Shown here piece by piece: positions 32,149 through 48,500 of a stretch of DNA of 64,000 nt. The translations under genes and the position numbers were made by a program. Under the pieces are notes generated by a model. That model had not been told where the DNA came from, ran no database searches, and saw only the letters and a list, made by a program, of their open reading frames with translations. The stretch lies in NCBI RefSeq assembly GCF_009914755.1, contig NC_060940.1. The stretch is one strand, 5' to 3'. Origin of the DNA: the human T2T-CHM13v2.0 reference genome, Homo sapiens. The first letter of the stretch is position 1. The number at the start of each line of letters is the position of its first letter.

Positions 32149-32953
32149 TTAGTAACCTGCTTTTTCCATGTAATATATTATGAGCATTTTCTTGTATCCA
32201 TATCTATTTTTCAAAAAGATGCTATTTAGCAGCTCTAGAGTTATTATTTTGTACAGATATACTATAATTTATCAAATTGCCTATTGGACATTAATGCTAA
32301 ATTCCTGTTATAGAGAACCTATAATTATAAATAATGTATTGAGCATCCTTATCTGTAAGACTTTTTCACCTCTCTGATTCTGTCTTTAGGATAAATTCCG
32401 GTATCACGCAGCAATAGTAACCACCTGTCCAACATATAGCATGAGCCAGGCCTGATTCTAATCATCTTGTATCTGTAGCATTAGGTCATTGGATCCCCAC
32501 AGTGCCCTGAGAGGTAGTATTGTTATTATCCCTAGCTTACTGCCAGTGACACAGACTTGAGGGGGTAAGTGACTTGTTAAGGATCCCACAGCAAAGAAGT
32601 AGCACAGCCAGGCTTTGAGCCCAGCACCTGCTCCAGGGACTGTACTCTTGACCACCGTAGTTAAGAGGAGAATTAATGTTTCACAACTGTCAACATTTAA
32701 ATTAGAAGCTTGAATAGTCTTTGACAGGATTAGGATTGGTTGGTTAATAGAAGTTGATTTGAGCAGGAATTTTTTTTTTTTTTAAAGTTATGAATGTAAC
32801 ATAAACGTTTCAGTATTTGATTCAAGTACACCAACATTTAGGGGTCGGGCCAGCCCTCCTCTGAGTGTGAGTCCACTTGCATGGATCCAGTGTGGTCTTC
32901 CTTCCCCTAAGCATGCCTGTAACATAACATCTACAATTTCTACTTTCATTTTA

Positions 32954-33923
32954 TGTGGGCGAAAGAGTACCTAGGTGCCGAGGCAAGAGGCTGAAGGCAC
33001 AAACTGTTTCAGTATAATAAAGAAAGTAGTTAGAATAAGAATAGTCATAATACAGGTTAGATATGGAGATGATCATGGACAATTATCAATCATTACTATA
33101 AACACTATTAATCATTAGCTTTTAATATTACTCTTTGTGGCATTACTAACATAACCTAGGAATAACTGGCATGTATAGGCTCAGGTGCTAAAGGGACATT
33201 GTGAGAAGTGACCTAGAAGGCAAGAGGTGAGCCTTCTGTCACACCCGCATAAGGGCTGCTTGAGGGCTCCTTGGTCAAGCGGTAACGCCAGTGTCTGGGA
33301 AGACACCCGTTACTTAGCAGACCGCGAAAGGGAGTCTCCTTTCCTTGGAGGAGTCAGGGAACACTCTGCTCCACCAGCTTCTTGTGGAAGGCTGGGTATT
33401 ATCCAGGCCTGCCCACAGTCATCCGGAGGCCTAAACCCCTCCCTGTGGTGCTGTGTTTCAATGGTCACGTACGTTGTCCGCTTTCATGCTCCTCCCGTAC
33501 TCCTGGTTCCTCTTTGAAGTACGTAGTAGATAGTGGTAGAAGAAATGGTGAAAGTTTTAAAGTCTTTGATCTTTCTTTTAAGGGCAGAAAAGAAAATGCT
33601 GACGTATGCTGCCTTCTCTCTCTGCTTCGGCTACCTAAAAGGGAAGGGCCCTCTATCCTGTAATCACGTGACTTGCTTCACCTTGTCAATCACTTAGAAG
33701 ATTCACCCTCCTTACCCTGCCCCCTTGTCTTGTATGCGATAAATATCAGCGTGCCCAGCCGTTCGGGGCCACTACCGGTCTCCACATCTTGGTGGTAGTG
33801 GCCCCCACCCTGGGCCCAGCTGTTTTCTCCTTATCTCTTTGTCTTGTGTCTTTATTTATTACAATCCCTCGTCTCTGCACACGGGGAGAACACCCGCTAA
33901 GCCCAGTAGGGCTGGACCCTACA
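32954..33923 (+). mobile_element. Full-length solo LTR13A (HERV-K/ERVK class)
   Basis: 970 bp, TG...CA ends; begins TGTGGGCGAAAGAGTACCTAGGTGCCGAGGCAAGAG and ends GGGCTGGACCCTACA; 6-bp TSD ATTTTA/ACTTTA. Confidence 0.85.
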
Positions 33924-34437
33924 ACTTTAAGGTTGAGCAAACACAGTATTTTCAAAGAATCTGATTGCTACATCATTTGGGAGTTTTATGGTATTTTTCT
34001 AGCATTTTCACTGTAGTTGATTGAACCAAAACTTTTTTTTTAGCTGCTTGTCTTTGAGGCTCTCCAAAGCATTCGACCACATTTTCATAGATACCACTGA
34101 CACTATTTTTCACCTCCCATGTTATCAGTTTGTGTAATAGTAGCTTGCTGGTAATGTAGTTACAGTAACAAGTTCAAATGACATGTGTGTTTTTTGAGCA
34201 AACCTGGTGAACTTTTGGTGCAAAACTGATATTGAGAGCAAATAGGCCAAAGCTTGCTTGAGAGAAGTCTCCCAGGCCACCATAGGCAGCCCCAGGAAGA
34301 CGGGGCTGTCTAGCAGTTGGATAGGTGGGAGTGCCTATTATTTGTTAAAAGGCTTTTTGCCTAACTTGTGAAAGTTTTTTTTCCTCAACTAATTAAGGGT
34401 ATCAACGCATTGGTTGTATGTTGAAAATGTTGAAAAT

Positions 34438-34768
<331 letters not shown>

Positions 34769-34879
34769 GAATTTCTTAAATTTTTTATGTAGTCAAATCA
34801 ATTTTCTCCTGTGCAGTCTTTGCCTTTGCATTCACGCTTGGAAAGTTACTCCCTGAAATGGGTATTAATCAACCAAGAG

Positions 34880-35540
34880 CAGCAGTTCTCAGGCATGGTT
34901 CCTGGACCAGCAGCATTAATATCACCTGGGAATTCAATAAAAATGTACATTCCCAGGCCCCCACCCCAGACCTACTGAATCAGCACTGGGGTGGGGCTTG
35001 CAATCTGCGCTCTAATAGTCATCCAGGGGATCCTGATGTTCCCTAGCTTGAGAGCCTCCCGTCTAGAGCAGGGGCTGTCTCCTTTGCCTGTAAAGGGCTA
35101 GATAATATGTTTTAGGATTTGCAGGGCATATGGTTTCTGTTGCAATGATTCAACTCTGCCTTTGTAGTGCTAAAGCAGCTATACACAATATACAAGTGAT
35201 GGGCGTTGTTGTGTTCCAATAAAACTTTATTTACAGAAACAGGCAGTGGGCCAGATTTGGCCAGCTCCTGGTCTAATCTAGAGGAGTAAGCAAGGGCTTT
35301 GGGGGGAACCTGGAAATTGGCTCCCCTGGCTAGTTCTCACTTTTCTGAGCCTGTTGCAGTGGGGTGCTGGTAAATGTTTAGCACCAGGTCTTCAGGGGGA
35401 AAAAAGCCACTGTTTGTTTCCACAGTATAGATACTTTGGCCATAGCTGATTTCATGCTGCCAAGGTGAAGTGAGGAATTGGGAAGAGATAGTCACGTTTG
35501 GCTCTTGTAAGCCAGTTTGAGCCAGTCTAGCATAGAACTG
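34880..35540. mobile_element. Run of hAT MITE fossils: MER5A (~34880-35060), MER58A (~35068-35270), MER63-like (~35357-35540)
   Basis: CCCCACCCCAGACCTACTGAATCAG; CTGTAAAGGGC...GTTCCAATAAAACTTTATTTAC; CAGTGGGGTGCTGGTAAATGTTTA. Confidence 0.7.
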
Positions 35541-35822
35541 CTCTGTTGTGTGTGTATAATATTGGGGTCACAAATTAAGGTTGTTATAAATAGAATGAGG
35601 ATGAGGATGGTAATAATTAGAATAAAGGTTGGATTATTACTCTTGAGTCTTGGTACTTATAGGGAGATGAGTATATATTTTAAACTAATTTTACACACAC
35701 ATACTTTTAAAATATGAAATTTCATCTATATTTAGAGGCTTAATAGTTTTTAAGATATTCTGAGGTCTTTATCTCATATCCCAAGAATACATTTAAGATA
35801 TAAAAAGTAAATTCTATTATAA

Positions 35823-36159
<337 letters not shown>

Positions 36160-36688
36160 TCCAGTATATTTTAATACCATTTCTACAAGATTTAGATCAA
36201 TTCCAAATCAAAATGAGTGCTCGTAGGAGGTATGAGTGCAGAGTCTTAAAATGAAAATCGTTAGAATTTTGGTAGTTGGCAGGTTTCTTATTTACAACTA
36301 AGACTTTATCATTTTGAGTTTTCTACTTCTCTACGTCTTTAGGCCCTTGCACAGGGCTAAGAGATTTAATTGAAATCTACTGAAAAGAGTGGCTGACAGA
36401 TCTTATAGCTACATTTACATGAATTACATAAAAGCCCAAAACCTTCTCAAGAAGCCTTTTTTGAGATCTAAGGATACATGGCAATAGTTATTGTATGTTA
36501 CAGCGTATGTTATAGGCAGTTCTGAAGGAAAGGATTCGATGACTATCTTTTTTTGGCACAAATGTGATCCTTCTGGAGGCCAGAAGATAGATTCAGTGGG
36601 CCCCAGTTCTTTCAGGTTTAAGGAATAAGCATTTTGGTCTATGAAAAATGGGGTTTGCCTAAAGTATAAGATTGTCTTATATTTATAA

Positions 36689-36967
<279 letters not shown>

Positions 36968-37754
36968 TAGATCTAGCTATAATGGAATTTTGTTTAGTGG
37001 TTCTCTGATTTAAACATGACTTTTATCCTTTTCAGCTATCGTTTCATTAACATCACTACCTCTTTTTAAATCCTAATGTTGTCATGGAAGCCTGTGTAGG
37101 GGCTGACCTTGAAGTCTCTGAAAGCTGAACACTCAGCAAAAGACTGTGGCTATTTTGGTATTCAGGGATGAGAGACAACAGGCTCCGTCTAAGAGTTTTT
37201 GACCTGGTCTGCATGGTGTATGGGCATATTCCAATTACCTGGGTTATTCAAACCAAAATTGATTGGTAATAGAATACGGGGAACAACAAGGTATTATGTC
37301 TTTGGAACAAAGGATACTACAGGTTTCGACTGGTCACTGAGCATATCATTTTCTTTTGGGCACAGGATCTTATTTCTCTATAAAATTGGAGAATGAGTTC
37401 CTGTCTTCACCTCTTAATTGCCAATGTTTACCCACAGGGACTATCATGGGTAGATGGCTCAAGAGGGTATCCTTGCTTCAATATGATGGGCCATTAAGGA
37501 GACAGGAGCAAGGCGGGAGCAAACCATAACTCTTCATAGGATTTTATTCTGATTTTGCTTTGATCTATTTACATAAGTATCTGAATCAGTGAGAACCACC
37601 TGCTTTGAGTTTAGATATGCATCTTCAGATTTGTCGACATATGAAACGTTGCATTTGGCTGTCTTCTGTCAAGTTCTCTCTGTCCTTTTGGTCCCCCGCA
37701 GCCCTCACACGGCCCCCTTGATGCCCTCCTCTACTCATTTGTTTCTCTTTCCTA

Positions 37755-38045
37755 ATTTTGTTTTTATTTTTATTTTTTGTGGGTATATAAAGGTGTCTAT
37801 ATTTATGGGGTTCATGAGATGTTTTGATACAGGGATGCAATGTGAAATAGTCACATCATGGAGAATGGGGTATCCATCCCCTCAAGAATTTATCCTTTGA
37901 GTGATAAACAATTCAGTTATACCCTTTTAGATATTTTACAATGTACAATTAAGTTATTATTAACTATAATCAACTTGTTGTGCTATCAAATAGTAGGTCT
38001 TATTCTTTCTTTCTATCTTTTTTGTACCCATTAACCATCTGCACT
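37755..38045 (-). mobile_element. L1MA 3' fragment
   Basis: ATTTATGGGGTTCATGAGATGTTTTGATACAGG...GGGTATCCATCCCCTCAAG. Confidence 0.8.
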
Positions 38046-41000
38046 TCTTTCTTAATTTTGAACAATTCCTTGAAGCTGCAGAAATATTTTCTAGCATGAT
38101 TAGGGAGGCACAGGAGGTAAAAATACATTGTTCAAGGGTCAATTATTGTGTTGTACAAGGTGTGAAATCTACCAGGTTGCCATCCGAGTGGAGAATTTTT
38201 TTACTGTACTTGCCTATGAAGGTAAAGAAGCAAATGGAAATTTTTTTTTAAGAATTGAAAGGATTTTATTTCAAATCAACTCTCATACCTCATCCTGGGC
38301 TCCAAATATGTTCAATCCACTTGTCTGAACTTCTGCATTGGAGTAAATTTTATATAATTGTCATTGAAGTCAAAACTGATGGCGTAATATTTAAAACAAT
38401 GGCTGGATCCCCAATCTAAGAAGAATACATTTTGTTGATCATATTAAGTACTGTTACAGTGAATGCATGGACCCATACAATTGTGGAATAATTAAGAAAA
38501 AAGGACTTAAGGGCTTAAAAATGTCTTTTTAACAATTTAACAAGTTAGCCAGAAACTTTAAAGATCTTATTCTCTTAATCTTCTAGCTAGACTCTTTTTC
38601 TGTAATGAGTAAGATATGTGACTACTGATTGTTTTTTGTGTTAAGTGTTCGAACTGCTCCATGTGACATTAGATAGCAGACTCTTGAATAGAGCTAATGC
38701 TCTTTCAAAGATTTGCAACAGCAGACCTGCGACATTGTAATCCAGGACTGATAGAGTTGGTTCAGAATATTAAAAGGGTGATATCTAGTTAGATACATAA
38801 GTCTTGATGGAGAGGAGGAGATTCTGAAGCATTGAGAATAAATTTGTGGTTGCTGAGAATGGCCCTCACATGTTGGAGTAAAGCCAGAAACTCTTTGTGC
38901 CTCTTCACAGCTCCCACTTCCCCCTAAGACTCTTCCTTCCTGATACCTATAATTCATTTTGTGGACACTGCAGGAGGTGTCTGCGGTCCAGTTGGAGGTT
39001 GTGGCAAATTGTAACGCTCAGGATGGCACAGATGTCGCACAAGGTCTTAGGGAGACCAGCCTTTCCTATTCAAGTGCCCACAGCTCTTTCCCCAGCTGTC
39101 ACCTTCCGCAGGAATGGCCTTTAACACTGTCACCTCACCCCATTCCCCTCCACTCTTGGGAAGCATACGTCTAGGTGAGTGGTGAAGATTTTTATTCTGA
39201 ATTTTTGAAATAATATCGTACTGCAAGTTCCAGGCAATCAAAAACTCACAAATCACTTGCACTCTGCAGCATGGTATCAGGTCTGAAGAAAGGAAGAGGC
39301 TGCAGATAGGCACATGGCTTTGCTAAGTTAGCTTTTATATCCTGCGTGGCTGCCTTAGAAAGTGTCCTTGCCCAAGTAGGCTGTGGCTTCTAGATAAAGT
39401 CCTTCTACTAAGCTATGAAACATGCCAATTTATAAATTGCTATCACTACTTTAGTTCCGCTCATTTAAAATGAAATAGCTGAATGCCGAGTGAGTGAATT
39501 GGGCATCTTTACTTCCAAGACTTCTGGGGCATTCAGGAGTCATATTCTATCTAAGCTTTAATGGTGTTGGTGTTCCCTTTCCTTTGGCCACTCAAGGGAG
39601 CCTGTTTTCTTTGGATAAACCGTGAAATCTTTAACCCTGTGAATGTCCGTTTTCTCTAAGGCGGGGTGGGCTGAAACATAACATAACAGGATTTATTTTG
39701 AAAGTGGTGACTCCACAATAAAAACATAGATATCTAATTTGCCTTACAAAGGCCGATTTGCAAATCTAGTATTTCCAGTGGTTCTTTCTTTCTTTCTTTC
39801 TTTTTTTTTTTTAATGCCCCATATGACGCTGCTTTGTTGGAATTGCCATTGGTGAGGATCTCACTGATAAAGAAGGGGACATCCCTCCCTTGATAGACTT
39901 TAGGGTTGCACTAGAGCCATGCCCCCTTTGAAGTGGCCTCTAAGCAAACTCTGTCTTGTCATCATTTTCCTCTCTGCAGCTGTAAGTGATACGGAGCTGT
40001 ATTTTGAGTTTTTGATACTGATATTACTAAGGCAATTGGAGGGATTCTTAATTCATCTAAAAAAAATCAGGGATTCTGACAGATAAAAGGATTTGGAGGA
40101 AATGTCAGAATAAAGCATTGTGGGTTCATGAAGTCCTAGGTTTTATAATTAAGGTTTATAGGCAGGTATTACCGCTGCTGACTGGATTCAACTGTCTGGA
40201 TTGGAGATGAACAAACTGCCATCTCTGGGCTAACTCTGACCCACTGCCTGATTTTGTAAGTAGAATTTTTTTTGGAACACAGCCATGCCCATTTATTCCC
40301 ATTCCTATAATGTTGAACTACTGTTTGTGTATATTCAGTTATCCCAAAATAATATGGCCCTTTGCTTGTTACCAGAAGAGTCGCCCAGTTGTGGCAGAGA
40401 TCATCTAGCTCGCAAAACTGTAAATATTTACTCTTTGGCCTTTCCCAGAAAAAAGTGCCGACTGCTATGTTAGATACTCCAGTTCATTCAAAGTGATATC
40501 ACCCTAACATTCTCTAAATTAGCCACAGCTTAGATGAAATTTAGGCAAATGGAATGCCCCAGGCCCCAGGAAGACTGTGGCAGCACATTGTATGTAACTG
40601 TTGGGGATGTTGCCTGAAACCCCCCCCCTTTTTTTAGGCAGCTGCAAGGATTAGAATGTTGCCTCCTCAGAAACTAACACTCTTCTCTCCTTGACCTTTG
40701 TTTAACCAGCTTTCTGAACCTGAAGAACTTTGTAGATTGAAAGCTGTAGCTTGTGGACCTCTCTCTGTGGAGATCAGCATCTCAGTATCCAGGGGGAAGC
40801 CATCTCTTCACCCAAAGCTTCCGCTAGGAGATCAAGAGGCCCGGAACCCCGCAGTCCTGAATGCTAACCAGTAGAGACAAGGGAGGAATTCATTTCTGTT
40901 TGTGTTCAACATAGACTGAGCAGGAAGGGCCAGGTGTTTTACGACTCTTTGGAGTTAGCAGCTTGTTGGCTCTGATTTGGTAAAAGCAACGGAAATGCCT

Positions 41001-42044
41001 TCAGCACGGTGAACATTACATGCAAATGTTGGGAAGTGTTAGGAAAGGGAATTTTTTTAGGCGAGGGAATTTCGCATTGAGGAAGGTCCCTGCTTCGTTT
41101 TTAGACACAGCCTATCAGTCAGCTAATTTGGCTATGCATATAAATACTTTAGTATAAAATGCTGCCCCCTGCTACCTGCAGGCTGACATGTTGCTCATCA
41201 AAGGCAGGATCCTTCTAATGAGGGATTAGTTGGATGCCTAAATGTGGGACCACCTACTCTGTTCATTGTCTTAATTAGCTAGATGTTTGTTGGAGCGCAT
41301 GCAAATTATTTTCTGTAAGCAGACAGATTTATTATCATATTTACGGAGTGACATCCAGGGTTTGTGAGACATCCATTAAATTTTTTTTTTTTTTTTAATG
41401 TTTGAGATGGGGTCTCACTGTGTTGCTCAGGTGTTGGTCTCAAACTCCTGGGTTCAAGTGATCCTCCCACCTTAGCCTCCCAAAGTACTGAGATTACTGG
41501 TGTGAGCCACTGTGCCCAGATGCTATTAGCAAGTATGAACAAATTAGATATTTTCAGTCTACTCTTCTGTGGTAATGATGATAAAACTTCTTAACTTTCA
41601 GTCCTAAACCAGCAGTGGCTAAAACTTGATTTTTAAAATTTTTTTCAGAGTTTGGTCCAGATGAAGTTTCTTTCACCTTGCGAACCTTTAGAACGCTGGG
41701 CTGCATCATGTGTGTTGTAACTTTAAAGTTAGAATAGCCTAGCTTCGTTACAGTTTTTGAGCCAAAGGACCCATTAACAGAAACAAAACTTTTTTTCCTG
41801 CAAACAAATACAAGCTGGCCCCACTGGTAAATACCAGTGAAATATATTTTGGGACTGACACTTGCATTTTCTATTGGTACTTATGTCACAAAATCACCTC
41901 TCTAACGTGTATTACATGGACCTATATATATGCATACTTACATATCAAAATGTATATATTTTGAGGTATAAAAAGTACGTGCTCAAGGTATTGGTCACTC
42001 CTCAATTTGTTTTCCTTGAAACAAAATGAAGGTATAAATATTTC

Positions 42045-42350
<306 letters not shown>

Positions 42351-43391
42351 TTTCATGCAGGGAATCCCAAAATGTAATTATAGTGTGATGTTGAAATTGA
42401 TTGTCTTAGCTTAGAGAGCCTACTTTTTAAAACTTAGGGTCTTGTTTCTAAATCATGTGTTGAAATTACAGTGTGAACTGTAGTTGCCATACTCTTTGAT
42501 CCTACAAATTGTCACCACGATGAATTCATATCTTGTGCAAATTTTACCAGTTCTACGTGAATAGAAGAAAATTACTTTTTCTTCATGTAGAGAAGGGTAT
42601 TCATTCCTAAGATTTTAAATCCACACTTCCCAATTATGGACTACGCCAGCTTCCTTTACACCTTTGCTTCTTTGTTTTCTTTTCCATACCTAAATGTTAC
42701 TAAATTTTGCCTTTGAGCCTAAAGCATGTCATTGATGGTTTTTTTTTTTCTAGTTATTCCAAAAGGTCCCATAAATCTGGGGCCATAGCTAACTTACATT
42801 TAGTCATTTTCATGGGTAAAACACACTCATATGAGATCATTGCACTTGGGATCTTGAAATGCCTGATTAGTTTCCTTTCTGATTGTTGACCAGACTTAAA
42901 CTAGTGGGATCTTGGCATTTATCTTTTTAAAAACCTGGTGCTCATTAAGGAAAGGAAAATATTCTGAAATAATCGAAATAACCTTTTGGGCATTGGAACT
43001 CCATTTTAAATTAAAAACATTTGTGCCTACTATTATCTTATGCTAAATTATACCCAGGTATTGTAAGTAAAATTATTTTGAAGTTACTTTGTTCTAAGAA
43101 ACTATGGAGATTCTTGACAGTGTTAGACAAAGTCCTTAAATGACATTATATAAAAATTGAGAATTAGTACCTTATGACTTAACCATTTTACACTGAGATA
43201 TTATTGGACATTGAGTGTACATGGAAATCACGTGATCAAAGTATTTGAGAAGTAAATATCTAAAGGAAGAGACCAATTTAAAACATTCTAATGAGCATCA
43301 TCTCATAATTTGGTAATCTCATGTAAAATGCTTATAATAGGGGTGTGTGTATGTTATATATATTTTTAAAATAAATTTGTAATCATGTATA

Positions 43392-44014
<623 letters not shown>

Positions 44015-44356
44015 TCAGTGTGAACCTGATTAGATCTCAACTGAAACTTTTTTGTCACATGAGGCCATCAGTTGAATTTCATGCCTGCATGTAGGTTTAG
44101 ATTTTAATTACTTTTTTATGGTGTCAGCATAACAAATGAGAGTCATACAAACTATTGTTTAATGACAAAGTGGGTCAAACCCATAATTAAAAAAATTAAT
44201 AATAGATTTTTGTTCTACTTGAGGTTTTGTAGCATTACGTAAAGCTTGAAAACTTGGAAATTGTTTTACTTAAAACCCAATTAAAATAATTTGATCTTTT
44301 GCTTTTACATCATAGAGTGGCACAATAAAAATTGTAATGGAAGATGTTATTTTACA

Positions 44357-45514
<1,158 letters not shown>

Positions 45515-48500
45515 AACCCTATGTTTTTTTCTAAGAATATAGTGTCCCTTGCCCCCTGCTACAAGCCTTACCCAGTGTTACATAATTTATTGTAATTAAA
45601 TTGTTTATTAATGATACATTCTTGCTGTAGAAGAAAACGTGTCCTTTTGGGCTCAGTACAGTATATGTTTCTTAAGTAAGAGGGATCATATTAAACCAGC
45701 TACTTAATGTGAAGCAGATAGCCAGTGTTCTCCATGTACAATCTTAGGGAGGGTAATTTTTGTTTTGGCTGTGTAATTATGGTTTGAGGCAGCCCATTAA
45801 TCGCATATTTCAGCTGTCAAATAGAAATTTGGCCCAGAAAGGAATACACTTTGGCTTTACAAAACTGCTTATTTTCAAATTTTTAAATGGGGACAAAAAC
45901 GAATATGCTATATTATATACTTTTATTTATATAATTTTTTTTTCAGCAACTTTTTCTCTTTTGAAAATGCAAGAGCCTGAAAAACATTGTGAATATACTT
46001 GTAACATTGCAAAGCTATTTCACCAGAGTAAAGATATTTTGGTTGTTCATATACGAGTGTGTTCGTTGTTTATCTAATAAATTGTTAAAACTAGATGGCG
46101 ATTCTGGGAATTATTATAGACTTCATAATAAATAAGATGCTGACAGTTGAAACCCCCTTGACCGTTGCCTGTTTGGTATGACACAGACCTTCTTGGACTT
46201 TTGTAGCCTATACATGAGTAGATATGAATCCTCAGCCTTCTCCAAAATAAGGTTGGGGTCACTAGGAGGCCTTCTTGGAAAGATGTCTTAAATTAAGGCA
46301 CCAGTAGATGGATCAAAAAGCAGGTTCCAATAGCTCGCTTTTAGTTTCTTGCCTAAATTTGTGATCTCCCTTTGGCTTCATAAATAACGGTACATTTCAT
46401 GAAGAGCTGGTCTCAGTCTACACAAGCCTAACTGAATGGGGTACATAGGAAGGGTTGCATTGTGTGACAAGGTTTAAATCTAATTGTTTTAAGTCTTTGA
46501 GTTATTTGCTCACCAGGCTGTGCTTGATGGTTTTACTTTTTGTGATTTTTGGAGCCTTCATGTTAGAAGCCATAGTCATATGGTGCTCTCTGAAAGCAAG
46601 ACAAGGTTTCTTCACTAGACTCTAAGAGGAGATCTGAGACAGAGAGATGGGGGCGGGGAGGAAACCTATTTCAGTGTCTCTACTATTTCTACCTAGGTGG
46701 AGGATAACTAGCCAGATGAACGGAGCTAAGCCTTTTGTATGAAGTTTATTTCATATAAAGAGGAACAAAATCAGAATCAAATTTCTTCTGTAGTTGCACA
46801 GAAACTGAAGTTAAAGCTAATACAATGTTTTTCATTTTTACCCTTACCTCTACAATGTACTTAATTGTTACAGATTCGTATTTATTGATTATCATGTTGT
46901 ATTACATTGATAGCCGTTTAAAATTTATGAAGATTCCGTACTTGTCATATTTAATTCTCAGCACCGTGCTTACAGCTGTCTTGTGATAATGTCGAAAGGA
47001 AAGAGAAGGGAGGTGAGGTAACGTGCTTGAGATCATACAGGTCTTGGGCGGCGGGTGCCTGCAGGATAGATCAAAGGGTAATTGAGTCTGTGCCTGGGGC
47101 CCCTTCCACTGTACATGCCACCATCCTGTTGGGAGGAATAACAGCACACTCCTGAATGAGCTCTTTCTAAGCAGCTCATTCATTTTGTTAATCCTGAGTT
47201 TGGAATCAACCAATTTATTTAAACCCGTGAAGCCTCGCTCTGTGCCCGGTCAAGTGCTGGGAGTGGCATCTGCGGGGAGGGCCAAGGCAGATGTCATTTC
47301 CAGACTGCATTGGATCCTGGATTCAGAAGCTGAAGCTTAGGAGTGGGCATGGTGGTTCACGCCTGTAAACCCAGCCCTTTGGGAGGCTGAGGCAGGAGGA
47401 TTGCTTGAGCTCAGGGGTTCGAGAGCAGCCTGGGCAACATAGCAAGACCCCATCTCTACCAAATCAAATTTTTTTTAAAAGCTGAAGCTTTCTTTACCAA
47501 AACCACTTTGGTATTATGATTGTAAAACAAACATTAAGGAATAAGTCTGGGGGAATGGGAAGTAGCATTCATCAAGCGCCTGTATATGCCAGGTGTTAGG
47601 CTAGATTAGCTTGATGTGCCTTCTCATTTAATATAAGTAATTATTTTAAAGGTTATTGTGATTAACATGTATTCCTTATGGAAAATTTAGAAAGCGAAGA
47701 AAAATAAAAACAAGAATAAAAGATTTAAAAAAACCCCAATTCTTACCAGTTAGAAGTATACTATTAATATTTAGCATGTATGATTGTAAGCATGTTTTCC
47801 CTTCTTTCGTGATTTTTCTATTTAAATTGTGATTATCTTTCTGTGTTGTTAAATACTCCACATCTTAAATGGCTGCATAGTATTCCATTATGTGGTTCCA
47901 GCTCTTCTCCCAGTGTGGTACATTCGGGTGGTTTCCAGCTTTTTAATAGCTGTGGAATGGAGAAGCACATTTTGTAATTAAATGTTTGTACCCATCCGTG
48001 ACTCTTCTATAGTTTTATTTTGTGGAAGTGGAATTGCTGAATGAAGTGATTTGCTCCCCAACCTTAATATCTTGATTTGTTTTGTCAAACTGCCCTGGAA
48101 GATTGTACCAATTTGAATGCTCCTTTGCCCAGCATCCTTGCCAAACTTGAGAATTAGAATTTTTAAAAAATATCACTTAAATTTGCCTATCTCTGATGAT
48201 TAGCAAGATTGATAGGCTTTTCTTATGTCGGGCCATTTGTTTTTTAACGAATTGCCCTTTCATCTTATATGCATGACTATTGGATATGTATCGATTACTA
48301 ATTGATTGCTTGCCTCATGTGCTATAATTTAATTTTCAAAATGTCCCTTAGAAGTTAATTTATAAAGTGTCTATTACTTTAAGTACCTGTTCAATCCTGT
48401 GATCAAGAGGAAATTCACAGAGAAAGAAATTGGCCTAACTCCTCAGTTTGCTTCACTAAAATCTTTTAAGCACACATCTTGTCTATTATGCCAGCTGCAA

